The notes under the pieces were generated by a model that had not been told where the DNA came from, made no database searches, and saw only the letters and a list, made by a program, of their open reading frames with translations. From NCBI GenBank assembly GCA_034676125.1, contig JAUCCO010000002.1, forward strand, positions 2,675 to 66,674: DNA of 64,000 nucleotides, given 5' to 3'. The translations under genes and the position numbers were made by a program. This document shows, piece after piece, positions 10,088 through 18,525 of this stretch (position 1 is the stretch's first letter; each line of letters starts with the position of its first letter). Source of the DNA: Bacteroidia bacterium. Lineage in GTDB: Bacteria; Bacteroidota; Bacteroidia; UKL13-3.

Positions 10088-10969
10088 ATGCAAAATCAGG
10101 CTAAATGGTATTATTATGTTTTTGCGGCACCAATTTATTTAATTGTGCTATTGCCATTACCTGTGCTTTATCTGCTATCTAATTGTCTAACTTTTTTAGC
10201 TTATCATATTATCAAATACCGTAAAAAAGTAGTTTTTACCAATTTGCACAATGCTTTTCCTGATAAAAGTGAACAAGAAATAAAACGGATTGCTAAACTT
10301 TATTACCGCAATATGATTGATGTGTTTATCGAAACATTTAAAACATTAACGCTAAGCGAAAAACAATTAACCAGTAGGGTTAAAATGGAAAATACCGAGT
10401 TTATAAAAGAGCTTCATAAAAACAATAAATCTGTAGTTTTATTACTGGGGCATATGGGTAATTGGGAGTGGGGTGGTTTTTCTTATACCTATCAATTAGG
10501 TTATCCTGTAGGTACGTTATATCATCCATTAACTAATAAGTTTTTTAACTGGTTAATGTATAAGATTAGGGCCAAATGTGGTGTAGATCTTATTGCCATG
10601 CAACAATCAGCCAGAAACTTTGCCGATAATAAGAACAAACCAAGAACGGTTGCATTTATAGCAGATCAATCTCCTCAGCCTACTCATGCTTATTGGACCA
10701 ATTTTTTAAATCAAGATACAGGTTTTTTTACTGGTGCCGAAAAATTGGCCAGAAAATATAATTGTGCAGTAGCTTATGCTGATATTGCAAAACCAAAACG
10801 TGGACATTACGTGGTAAAATTTCAGTTAATTGTAGAAGATCCTTCTAGTGTAGCACCTAATCAGATAACACAAAAATTTGCTGATATGTTAGCGGCAAGT
10901 ATTCAAAAAGATCCTGAATTTTGGTTGTGGAGCCACAGACGTTGGAAGCAAAAAAGACCTGTTAATTAA
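10088..10969 (+). CDS. lysophospholipid/lipid A biosynthesis acyltransferase (LpxL/HtrB family)
   Basis: It has an N-terminal TM helix and the motif LLLGHMGNWEW typical of LpxL-type acyltransferases. The length is 293 aa. Confidence 0.75.
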   Translation: MQNQAKWYYYVFAAPIYLIVLLPLPVLYLLSNCLTFLAYHIIKYRKKVVFTNLHNAFPDKSEQEIKRIAKLYYRNMIDVFIETFKTLTLSEKQLTSRVKMENTEFIKELHKNNKSVVLLLGHMGNWEWGGFSYTYQLGYPVGTLYHPLTNKFFNWLMYKIRAKCGVDLIAMQQSARNFADNKNKPRTVAFIADQSPQPTHAYWTNFLNQDTGFFTGAEKLARKYNCAVAYADIAKPKRGHYVVKFQLIVEDPSSVAPNQITQKFADMLAASIQKDPEFWLWSHRRWKQKRPVN

Positions 10970-12059
10970 AGGGTGTGTATTTATCCATTAAGTTCGAAAA
11001 CTTTTTAAACACTCCTTTAGTATTAAATCTATATCCAATAATTATTCTTGCTTCACTAAGTTGGTTGCGCAAAACTACCTTGCTAGATAATTGTTGATTG
11101 TAGGTGTCGTTTATACCCGTTATGGCAGCAAAAAACCTTTCGCTATTATATCCAATCGATACCCGTCCAATGCTTCTTAACCCAATTTGACGGCTTGTGT
11201 TTTGTGTACCTGAAGTTTCAAAAGTTATATTTTGCTGTTGGGCAACAACACCAATAATTGGCACTAAGGTTAAATACATTTTTTTGTAAACAAATGTATG
11301 CCCATAGCCAGCTAACAAACTTACACCATAAAAATGCCCCTTGTTTAAATATTCTTCAGGATGCGTGTTACCAAGTAAATTAATATTATAGTGTGGATTG
11401 TAAAAGTTCATATAGTTAACAGATGCACCCAGAATTAAAGAACCAGCGCTTTTTCGTTGTATCTCGTTATGTAAAAAACTCGACTGTAATGAGAATTTTT
11501 TGTGGTTAAGCACATGTAAGTAATTTAGGCCTGCACGTGTATTTTGCATATCGGGTAATAACGGAAATGTATGATAGGTAGTTTTTAAACTATCATTTTG
11601 TCTATAATTTTCTATGTAAAAACCTTTGTAGCCTACATAGTATAAGTCTATAAAACGTTTTTTACCATAACCATATAATTGTATATCTATTTCGTTAGTT
11701 TTTCCTTTATTGCTTTGCTGTAATCTTTCAGAAGTATAACCAATTGAAAACCCTAACCATTTATGTTGTATACGTACACCCTGTGTGTTTGCATCATTTG
11801 GGTTATATACAATATTGTTTCTTCCTAAAATTTCAATTTGGTTATTTGGGTTTCTATTAAAAATTGAAATACTAAGTTTATCCGTTTTATCCGTTATATA
11901 TTTTTGCCTGATTGATAGGTAAGTGCTATCATTAGTAGACGCATTTACTGCAATTGCTATAGTGATGATGTATAGTAAAAAAATATATTTTTTGAAACTC
12001 AAGACAACAAATTTAATTTTTTTTATTAAATATTTAGATTGATTTAATTGTATATACAA
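10962..12059 (-). CDS. hypothetical outer-membrane beta-barrel-like protein (possibly DUF4421-like)
   Basis: A hydrophobic leader (KKYIFLLYIITIAIAVNAS) is followed by alternating beta-strand patterns rich in Y and G. Only non-ATG starts exist (TTG at 12059 or 12002), so the start is uncertain. Confidence 0.5.
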   Translation of the reverse strand: MYIQLNQSKYLIKKIKFVVLSFKKYIFLLYIITIAIAVNASTNDSTYLSIRQKYITDKTDKLSISIFNRNPNNQIEILGRNNIVYNPNDANTQGVRIQHKWLGFSIGYTSERLQQSNKGKTNEIDIQLYGYGKKRFIDLYYVGYKGFYIENYRQNDSLKTTYHTFPLLPDMQNTRAGLNYLHVLNHKKFSLQSSFLHNEIQRKSAGSLILGASVNYMNFYNPHYNINLLGNTHPEEYLNKGHFYGVSLLAGYGHTFVYKKMYLTLVPIIGVVAQQQNITFETSGTQNTSRQIGLRSIGRVSIGYNSERFFAAITGINDTYNQQLSSKVVLRNQLSEARIIIGYRFNTKGVFKKFSNLMDKYTPFN

Positions 12060-12110
12060 ATATTTGTTTACTGATTACCAATGTATTGTTATTAATTGTT
12101 AAATAATGTA

Positions 12111-12140
12111 TTGACAATATATGTATATACATTATTTTTG
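12111..12140 (+). promoter_or_regulatory. promoter of the MarR gene with an embedded 12-nt perfect palindrome
   Basis: aTTG (12110-12113), a 19-nt spacer and TATTTTTG (12133-12140) are present. The spacer contains ATGTATATACAT (12121-12132). The ATG at 12153 follows. Confidence 0.55.
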
Positions 12141-12152
12141 TACTCAGATAAC

Positions 12153-12602
12153 ATGAAATTAGAAGACGCGATAAAACAAACATCATTTAAAAGTGAAGAC
12201 GAACGTTTAATCATCAACCTTATTTATACTTCAAGTTGCATAGCTTCAGAGCAGAATAGGTTTTTTAAACAATTTGGTATTTCGCCTCAGCAATATAATG
12301 TGTTGCGTATTTTAAGAGGGCAATACCCAAATCCGGCAAGTGTAAGTTTAATACAGGAACGAATGCTAGATAAAATGAGTAATGCATCTCGATTAATTGA
12401 AAAATTAAAGCTAAAAATACTTGTTAAACGCTCAGAGTGTAGCAAGGATAGAAGGCAAGTTGATGTAATTATAACAGAAGAAGGACTAGCGTTATTGGCC
12501 GAAATTGATTTAGAAAATATAGAGATGCATAAGGCTTGCAAAGCATTAAATACAATTGAAAAAGAATCGCTAAATATTTTATTAGATAAACTTAGAAACT
12601 AA
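12153..12602 (+). CDS. MarR family transcriptional regulator
   Basis: It has a winged-helix region (QQYNVLRILRG...SVSLIQERMLDKMSNASRLIEKL...DRRQVDV). The start at 12153 was chosen because the promoter lies inside the longer track ORF. Confidence 0.8.
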   Translation: MKLEDAIKQTSFKSEDERLIINLIYTSSCIASEQNRFFKQFGISPQQYNVLRILRGQYPNPASVSLIQERMLDKMSNASRLIEKLKLKILVKRSECSKDRRQVDVIITEEGLALLAEIDLENIEMHKACKALNTIEKESLNILLDKLRN

Positions 12603-12633
12603 CAATTACAATAATTAAAACAAAAACAAAACA

Positions 12634-13233
12634 ATGAAAAGACTATTTACATTAGCTGCTATTGCGGGCTTAGCATTATCAGTTGTGGCAATTAGCCAAC
12701 CAAAATCAAAAACTGCTGCTACATTAAAGGTAGACACACAAGAATCAACTTTTAAATGGACTGGTAAAAAAGTTATTGGAGAACATTGGGGTTACGTAAA
12801 ATTTAATGATGGAACCGTAACTGTAGATGGTAAGAAATTAACAGGTGGAAACTTTACAGTAAACATGCCTACAATTACAGTAGAAGACATGAAGGGTGAG
12901 TACATGGAAAAATTAGTAGGACACTTAAAGTCGGATGATTTTTTTGCTACTGAAAAATTTGAAACAAGTACATTAAAAATTAAAGCATTATCACCAATTG
13001 CTGGTGCTGTTGCTGGCCAAAATAATTACAATGTAGTTGCCGATTTAACCATTAAAAACATTACTAATGAGATTAAATTTCCAGCACAAATTATTGTTAC
13101 TGCTGATAAGGTAATTGCTAATGCAGAGTTTGAAATTGACCGTACTTTATTTGATGTTAAGTATAAAGGCCAGGCTGATAATTTAATTAGCGATAACTTT
13201 ATGGTTAACGTACGAGTAGTAGCTAAGAAATAA
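12634..13233 (+). CDS. YceI family periplasmic lipid/polyisoprenoid-binding protein
   Basis: It has a signal peptide, the motifs STFKWTGKK..GEHWG and DRTLFDV, and a length of 199 aa. Confidence 0.8.
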   Translation: MKRLFTLAAIAGLALSVVAISQPKSKTAATLKVDTQESTFKWTGKKVIGEHWGYVKFNDGTVTVDGKKLTGGNFTVNMPTITVEDMKGEYMEKLVGHLKSDDFFATEKFETSTLKIKALSPIAGAVAGQNNYNVVADLTIKNITNEIKFPAQIIVTADKVIANAEFEIDRTLFDVKYKGQADNLISDNFMVNVRVVAKK

Positions 13234-13255
13234 TTTCTATCAACACAAAATAAAT

Positions 13256-13294
13256 AAAAAAGCATGGCTCACATAAGTTAGCCATGCTTTTTTA
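13256..13294. terminator. bidirectional intrinsic terminator
   Basis: A5-AGCATGGCT-loop-AGCCATGCT-T6 sits between the convergent genes 12634-13233 (+) and 13358-13939 (-). Confidence 0.8.
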
Positions 13295-13357
13295 TTTTAA
13301 AGAGATTGAAGCAAATAATTGCTATTTTTAAAACCAATTAAAATGCTTGAGCTTTAT

Positions 13358-13939
13358 CTAAATAGGAGATTTTATAATATACAACCTATAGCGGTTATTC
13401 CGTTGAGAATAGTTGGTATCTGTTAATCCACTTGCATTTTTAATATTTTTATTTGCATGAGAAGTCATTAAAATTCCGCCTGTAATAAGTGAACCTGTGA
13501 TAGCGGCAAATACTAAACCCGATTGTGGTTCAAATATTAAAGCAGCAATTGTTGCAGGTAAAATAAGTGCTCCTATTGTTATTACCACAATACCACCCGC
13601 TTTTAATAGTGAATTGCCAGCTTTGGAATAATTACCTGAAGTATTGGTATTAAAACCAGCAATAGGATGTATGTCTAATACCTGATCGGGAGTTAATAAA
13701 TATACACTATCCTTAGTTGCAAATAAAAAATCAGTAGGATAAACGGCATCAAAATAACCTTTTAATACAAGTGTATCATTTAAAAAAATAGCGTAAGGTT
13801 GGTTGTGGGTTGTTATTTTATAGCTGTTATTTTGGCTATCATAAATATACAAATGCTCTTTTAATTTTTGAGCAAAAGTAATATTGGTAATCACGCAAAA
13901 TATGCACAACATCAATAATTTGCTTGGCCTAAATTTCAT
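13358..13939 (-). CDS. hypothetical membrane protein
   Basis: It has a signal peptide and two glycine-rich TM helices near the C-terminus (GGIVVITIGALILPATIAALIF, LVFAAITGSLITGGILM). I recognise no family. Confidence 0.55.
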   Translation of the reverse strand: MKFRPSKLLMLCIFCVITNITFAQKLKEHLYIYDSQNNSYKITTHNQPYAIFLNDTLVLKGYFDAVYPTDFLFATKDSVYLLTPDQVLDIHPIAGFNTNTSGNYSKAGNSLLKAGGIVVITIGALILPATIAALIFEPQSGLVFAAITGSLITGGILMTSHANKNIKNASGLTDTNYSQRNNRYRLYIIKSPI

Positions 13940-13976
13940 AAGTAGGTGTATTTTAGTACATCAATAATACAAAAAA

Positions 13977-14684
13977 TCACACACTTGCACGAGAAATTTT
14001 TTCGAGTTTAGCTTTTTCTAATATTTTAATTTTTTTGCCATCAAGCTCAATAAGCTTATCGCTTTTAAACTCGCTTAATAAGCGAATTACGGTTTCTGTA
14101 GCAGTGCCAACTATATTGGCTATGTCTTCTCTAGGTAATGTAATTGCAATTACATCCGTATCTAAATTGTTTGATTTAAAGGTGGCATGCAAAAACAATA
14201 AAGTTTCGGCCAAACGCTCACGTACACTTTTTTGTGCTAAACTTTGAACACGCTCTTCAACTACGCCTAACTCGTGGCTCAATGCCTTAAGTAATTCTTT
14301 ACTAATAGCAGAGTTTTCGTCCATTATTTGTAAAAATACCTGTTTAGGAATAAAACAAGCAACGGTATCTTCTAAACATACAGCTGATGAAATAAGAGGC
14401 TCATCTGCTATTAATGCACGATAAGCTAGTACATCGCCTGGTTGCGCAAATCTCAAAATTTGTTCTTTACCGTCTAAATTGGTACGCACCAGTTTTATAA
14501 CTCCACTTACTATGCAATATATTCCTAATGGTATTGCACTTTCGTTAAAAAGTAGTTCACCCTTTTTGTATGCTCCACAAGATTTAGCTTGTTCTACAGC
14601 TTCGGCTTGCGTTGCTGTGCATTGGTTTAAAAAAGAGATTTTATGTGATTCACAAAGTTTGAAATCCATGTTAGCTCTATGCAT
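13977..14684 (-). CDS. Crp/Fnr family transcriptional regulator
   Basis: A cNMP-binding beta-roll (GELLFNE...GIYCIVSGVIKL...DGKEQILRFAQPGD) is joined to a C-terminal HTH (REDIANIVGTATETVIRLLSEF). An alternative start lies at 14669. Confidence 0.85.
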   Translation of the reverse strand: MHRANMDFKLCESHKISFLNQCTATQAEAVEQAKSCGAYKKGELLFNESAIPLGIYCIVSGVIKLVRTNLDGKEQILRFAQPGDVLAYRALIADEPLISSAVCLEDTVACFIPKQVFLQIMDENSAISKELLKALSHELGVVEERVQSLAQKSVRERLAETLLFLHATFKSNNLDTDVIAITLPREDIANIVGTATETVIRLLSEFKSDKLIELDGKKIKILEKAKLEKISRASV

Positions 14685-14731
14685 TATATAACTATGTTTG
14701 ATTAAAAATCGAAAGTAATAAAAAGTAAAGA

Positions 14732-16192
14732 CTAATCATTAACATTCGTCCATTTATTAAACAATTTTTGCTGTAAACTATTGATTTTATCTAGCTTACT
14801 AATAATAAAACTACCGTTTTTGTCTTCACTAATTGTGCATCCTACATCATTTAATGCAATTTGAAGCTGATTTTGTAATTCTCCCTTACCCCAAATTAAA
14901 GTTTTAAAGTAGGTTTCGAAGCTAATTCCGGCATATTTTTCTAATAAACTACGGTAAATTCCTTCGTCATAACCTTTGTGTTGTATATAATATTGCTGAT
15001 ACAAATCGTGCATTACTTGGTGTAAACTATATTTTCCATTGCTATTTTTAATAATGGTAATATCTGCAATTAAAGCGGCTAGCATACCTTCAATATAAAT
15101 AGAAACTTTGCGTCCCAATACTCCAGGCACATATCCATCAAGCCAAGTATCCCAACTCGATTCGGCCACCGAGTAATTAAATCTACCTTGATTAGTCGTG
15201 TGTCTTTTTAAATCACTGTTAAAGCTTGCTGCATATTGTTCCCAACTCCAAACGCCACTTTGCATCAACATCAAATCGCCATAATAGGTAGTTATGCCTT
15301 CATAAACATAGCCAAGTGTGCTATAATTTTCTTTTGTAAAATCGTATGGCATCATATCAATTGGCCTAATGCGTTTTATATTCCATAAATGAAACAATTC
15401 ATGCGAACTTATTGCCAATAAATCATTATAATATTCTTCAACTGTTTGGTCGGGTGTTTTACCCATTGCTATCACTGTGCTATCTAAATGTTCCACACCA
15501 TGTCTTGCTGGATATGGGTGCATTAAATATAAAAAATGATAATCACCGCATGGTAAATCTCCAAATACTTCAACCTGTTTAAGCGTGTATGCTGTTGTGT
15601 CTGCAATTAATCTATCAATATTAAAAGGATGATTGCCTTGAAACCAAATATGTATTTGAGTATTGCTTACACTAAAAGTATGCTGCATTAATGTGCAGCT
15701 TGCAAGCAATGGCGAGTCGGCTAAGTAATCAAAATTTGGTGCAATAAGTTGGTGTTTTTTTATTGCTTTCATTTGGCAAGCAATTTGGTAATTGCTCGGC
15801 AAATCAAATGTTAAAGTGTATTCTTCATCAGCCCTACCATCCACATACATAAAACAATGCACTGGGTTAATGTATAAATAATTTTCATCAACAAAACATG
15901 CTCCAGCATCAGGCTGGTTGGCATAATATTGGTAATTAATGTGTATTTGTGATAGCCCTTTTGTTTCGATGTGCCACCTGTCTTTGGTTATTTTTTTATA
16001 GATTACATTATTACCTGCATCATCCACCACATTAAACAGTCTAATGTTTTTTGCAAAATTTTGTAACTCATATCGTCCTGGTCGCCATGCCGGAAGTTGT
16101 ACTTCAATCGCGTCTTGGTGTATATGTGGGATGGTATATTTAAATTGTATAAAATGATTTTGTGTATCAGCAATCGAAATTTGATATAGCAT
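14732..16192 (-). CDS. M61 family (glycyl aminopeptidase-like) metallopeptidase
   Basis: It has the zinc motif HELFHLWN and a domain order typical of M61. I prefer the ATG at 16192 to the track's TTG at 16237. Confidence 0.7.
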   Translation of the reverse strand: MLYQISIADTQNHFIQFKYTIPHIHQDAIEVQLPAWRPGRYELQNFAKNIRLFNVVDDAGNNVIYKKITKDRWHIETKGLSQIHINYQYYANQPDAGACFVDENYLYINPVHCFMYVDGRADEEYTLTFDLPSNYQIACQMKAIKKHQLIAPNFDYLADSPLLASCTLMQHTFSVSNTQIHIWFQGNHPFNIDRLIADTTAYTLKQVEVFGDLPCGDYHFLYLMHPYPARHGVEHLDSTVIAMGKTPDQTVEEYYNDLLAISSHELFHLWNIKRIRPIDMMPYDFTKENYSTLGYVYEGITTYYGDLMLMQSGVWSWEQYAASFNSDLKRHTTNQGRFNYSVAESSWDTWLDGYVPGVLGRKVSIYIEGMLAALIADITIIKNSNGKYSLHQVMHDLYQQYYIQHKGYDEGIYRSLLEKYAGISFETYFKTLIWGKGELQNQLQIALNDVGCTISEDKNGSFIISKLDKINSLQQKLFNKWTNVND

Positions 16193-16354
16193 GTTGTTAA
16201 ATTTTATGCAATCTTTACTTTTGCTGTTAAATAACAAAACTTAAGTACAGATTAAATTTAAAAGCGTGTTTAACTTATTGCGATAAACATAATTAAGCAT
16301 CACCTTTAAATTTATAAATGATTTTCAAGCACCAAAATAATAATAACACATAGA

Positions 16355-17128
16355 TTAAAACTTGTCCATTATCCCTAAGCCAAATAGTGCAAAATCATAT
16401 TTAACAGGGTCTCTTTTATCTAGCAACCTCAAGTTTTCTGTTAATTCTACGGCAGCCTGCCAATCACTTTTTGTACGTTGTAGTAAGCCCAATTTTAAAG
16501 CAACCCGTTGCACGTGCACATCGAGTGGGCAAACCAATTGCGATTGTTTTATATTGGTCCAAATGCCAAAGTCTACACCTTTGTTATCTTGTCGTACCAT
16601 CCATCTTAAATACATATTAATACGTTTACATGCTGATTTTTGAACAGGCGAAGCAATGTGTTTTTTTGTTCTGGTAGGTGCATCGTTTAAGCTAAAAAAT
16701 AATTGCCTAAAGTTATTCAACCCGTTTTCTACGGTTTTATCTTTTGGGTTAATTCCTATGCTAAATGCATTCTCTAACGATGGATGATGAGTATACCAAT
16801 AATTTAAAAAATGTATAAAATACAATAAATCGGTATCATTAAAAGTACGGTGCTTAAAATACAATAATTTTTTTAAATCGGTTGGGCTATGATGCAAGAT
16901 AAAATCATGTGGTTTGCCGTCCATTCTTTCTATAAGTTCGTTACACTTATTAATAATAGTTATGCGCTGGCCCCATGCAAAAATTGATGCGAATAATCCC
17001 ATTATTTCTATGTCTTGTTTTTGTGTAAACAAGTGTGGTATACATATAGGATCGTTGGCTATAAACGAAGTATTGTTGTACTGTTTAACTTTTTTATCAA
17101 GTAAATTAATGATATTTTTATCAATCAT
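16355..17128 (-). CDS. TIGR02757 (DUF2400) family protein
   Basis: The N-terminal DPICIPHLFTQKQDIEIMGLFASIFAWGQR matches my recollection of this family. The C-terminal CPLDVHVQRVALKLGLL resembles a helix-hairpin-helix glycosylase motif. Confidence 0.65.
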   Translation of the reverse strand: MIDKNIINLLDKKVKQYNNTSFIANDPICIPHLFTQKQDIEIMGLFASIFAWGQRITIINKCNELIERMDGKPHDFILHHSPTDLKKLLYFKHRTFNDTDLLYFIHFLNYWYTHHPSLENAFSIGINPKDKTVENGLNNFRQLFFSLNDAPTRTKKHIASPVQKSACKRINMYLRWMVRQDNKGVDFGIWTNIKQSQLVCPLDVHVQRVALKLGLLQRTKSDWQAAVELTENLRLLDKRDPVKYDFALFGLGIMDKF

Positions 17129-17139
17129 ATTATTTTATT

Positions 17140-17190
17140 ATGCCCGAAAATCGTCAGTTCAACTGATGATTATCGGGCATTTTATTTTAT
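17140..17190. repeat. left copy of a ~50-bp direct repeat; itself a near-perfect palindrome (19-bp stem)
   Basis: ATGCCCGAAAATCGTCAGT-tca-ACTGATGATTATCGGGCAT spans 17140-17180, with one mismatch and one G-T pair. It is followed on the plus strand by TTTATTTTATT. It aligns with 18381-18431. Confidence 0.8.
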
Positions 17191-18363
17191 TAGCTTAGGA
17201 AGTATTTTTGTTAAAAAAGGTTTTAATCCAACAATCTTTAGTTGTTTATTTATTGGATATGCATCATCATCATTGGGTATAATTACATAGTTGTTTTTAC
17301 AATCTAAATCTTTAATGCACTCGTATGTACCCCTTGTAATTGTTGGAGATGTAGAGTATTTTATTTCTATACATGCTATTACTTTAAGACCTTTTACCAA
17401 TATTAAATCCATCTCACTATTATCATGTGTACGATAAAAATATGGGTGTATATAAGGAGGTACCAGTTGTAATATTTGTTCTATCACATAACCTTCCCAC
17501 GATGCACCAATGGCAACATTATACAATAGCGATTTACTATTTTGTATATCTATTAAATAATGTAACAAGCCAGAGTCTCTGATGTAAACTTTTGGTGCTT
17601 TTACCAATCGTTTATTAATTTTAGCATCATATGGCATTAACCGTCTAACCATAAATGCACCTTCCAAATATTCTATGTACCTATTAACGGTGGTTGGGCT
17701 AATATCTAATCCTTTTGCAAACGATTGTGCATTCCACAAATTAGAATGATAAAAGGCAATCATTCGCCAAAGTTTGTTCATTAATTGAGGCGAAAACGTA
17801 GTACCAAAAAGTGTATTTAAATCTCGCTCCAAAAAGGTTCGTACAAAACTCATTTGCCATGTATACCACTCTGCATCACTGCGCGCTTTCCATGCATCAG
17901 GAAAACCACCCCTAAACCAATGTTTGCTAAGCGTATTACTTTTATCAGGTACTTCTAATAAATTAAAAGGATGTGCTTCAATATACATTATCCTACCAGC
18001 AAGCGATTCGCTCGAGCCTTTTATCAACTCTGGTGATGCTGAACCCAATAACATAAACCGGCCCGCTTTTCTTTTTTTATCAATTACCGATCTTAATATC
18101 GCAGTTAATTCAGGTAAACGTTGTACTTCATCAATAATTAAACTGTTATTTTGATGTTGTAATAGAAATAACTCAGGGTCGCTAAATTTTATAGCATCTG
18201 ATGGACTTTCTAAATCAAAATATACTGCATTATTTTTAATTGTTTTTTTGATGGTTAATGCGAGTGTGGTTTTTCCGCATTGCCTTGGTCCTACAATTCC
18301 CACAGCAGGAAACTGTTTCATCAGCTTTGTTATGGATGCTTCTGATAATCGCTTAATAGTCAT
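17182..18363 (-). CDS. AAA-type ATPase with C-terminal DUF4143-like, PD-(D/E)xK-like domain
   Basis: It has a Walker A (GPRQCGKTT) and a Walker B-like LIIDEVQ. The C-terminal segment EMDLILVK...ACIEIKYS resembles a D...ExK nuclease motif. I prefer the ATG at 18363 to the TTG at 18369. Confidence 0.75.
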   Translation of the reverse strand: MTIKRLSEASITKLMKQFPAVGIVGPRQCGKTTLALTIKKTIKNNAVYFDLESPSDAIKFSDPELFLLQHQNNSLIIDEVQRLPELTAILRSVIDKKRKAGRFMLLGSASPELIKGSSESLAGRIMYIEAHPFNLLEVPDKSNTLSKHWFRGGFPDAWKARSDAEWYTWQMSFVRTFLERDLNTLFGTTFSPQLMNKLWRMIAFYHSNLWNAQSFAKGLDISPTTVNRYIEYLEGAFMVRRLMPYDAKINKRLVKAPKVYIRDSGLLHYLIDIQNSKSLLYNVAIGASWEGYVIEQILQLVPPYIHPYFYRTHDNSEMDLILVKGLKVIACIEIKYSTSPTITRGTYECIKDLDCKNNYVIIPNDDDAYPINKQLKIVGLKPFLTKILPKLIK

Positions 18364-18380
18364 GTACAATAATAATATTT

Positions 18381-18431
18381 ATCCCCGTAAATCCAAACTT
18401 CAACTGATGATTTTCGGGCATTCTATTAAAA
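18381..18431. repeat. right, degenerate copy of the direct repeat flanking the ATPase gene
   Basis: The sequence is ATCCCCGTAAATCCAAACTTCAACTGATGATTTTCGGGCATTCTATT. It matches the left copy at 34 of 41 positions overall and at 23 of 24 in the core TTCAACTGATGATTnTCGGGCATT. The offset between copies is 1241 bp. Confidence 0.8.
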
Positions 18432-18525
18432 TGCTCATCAACTTTTATTACCGTTGTTGTAAAACATTATTGTATTTACACAACTAAGTTTGTAGTTTGC
18501 CACTGATAATTTTTAATTTATAATC

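Noticed and set aside
17140-18431. The ATPase unit considered as an integron gene cassette with an attC site.
   Set aside because: No integron integrase or attI lies in the window. The RYYYAAC/GTTRRRY-like word (GTTCAAC/GTTGAAC) occurs only once, at the centre of the palindrome, not as the R''/R' pair at its ends. I keep it only as a generic cassette-like geometry.
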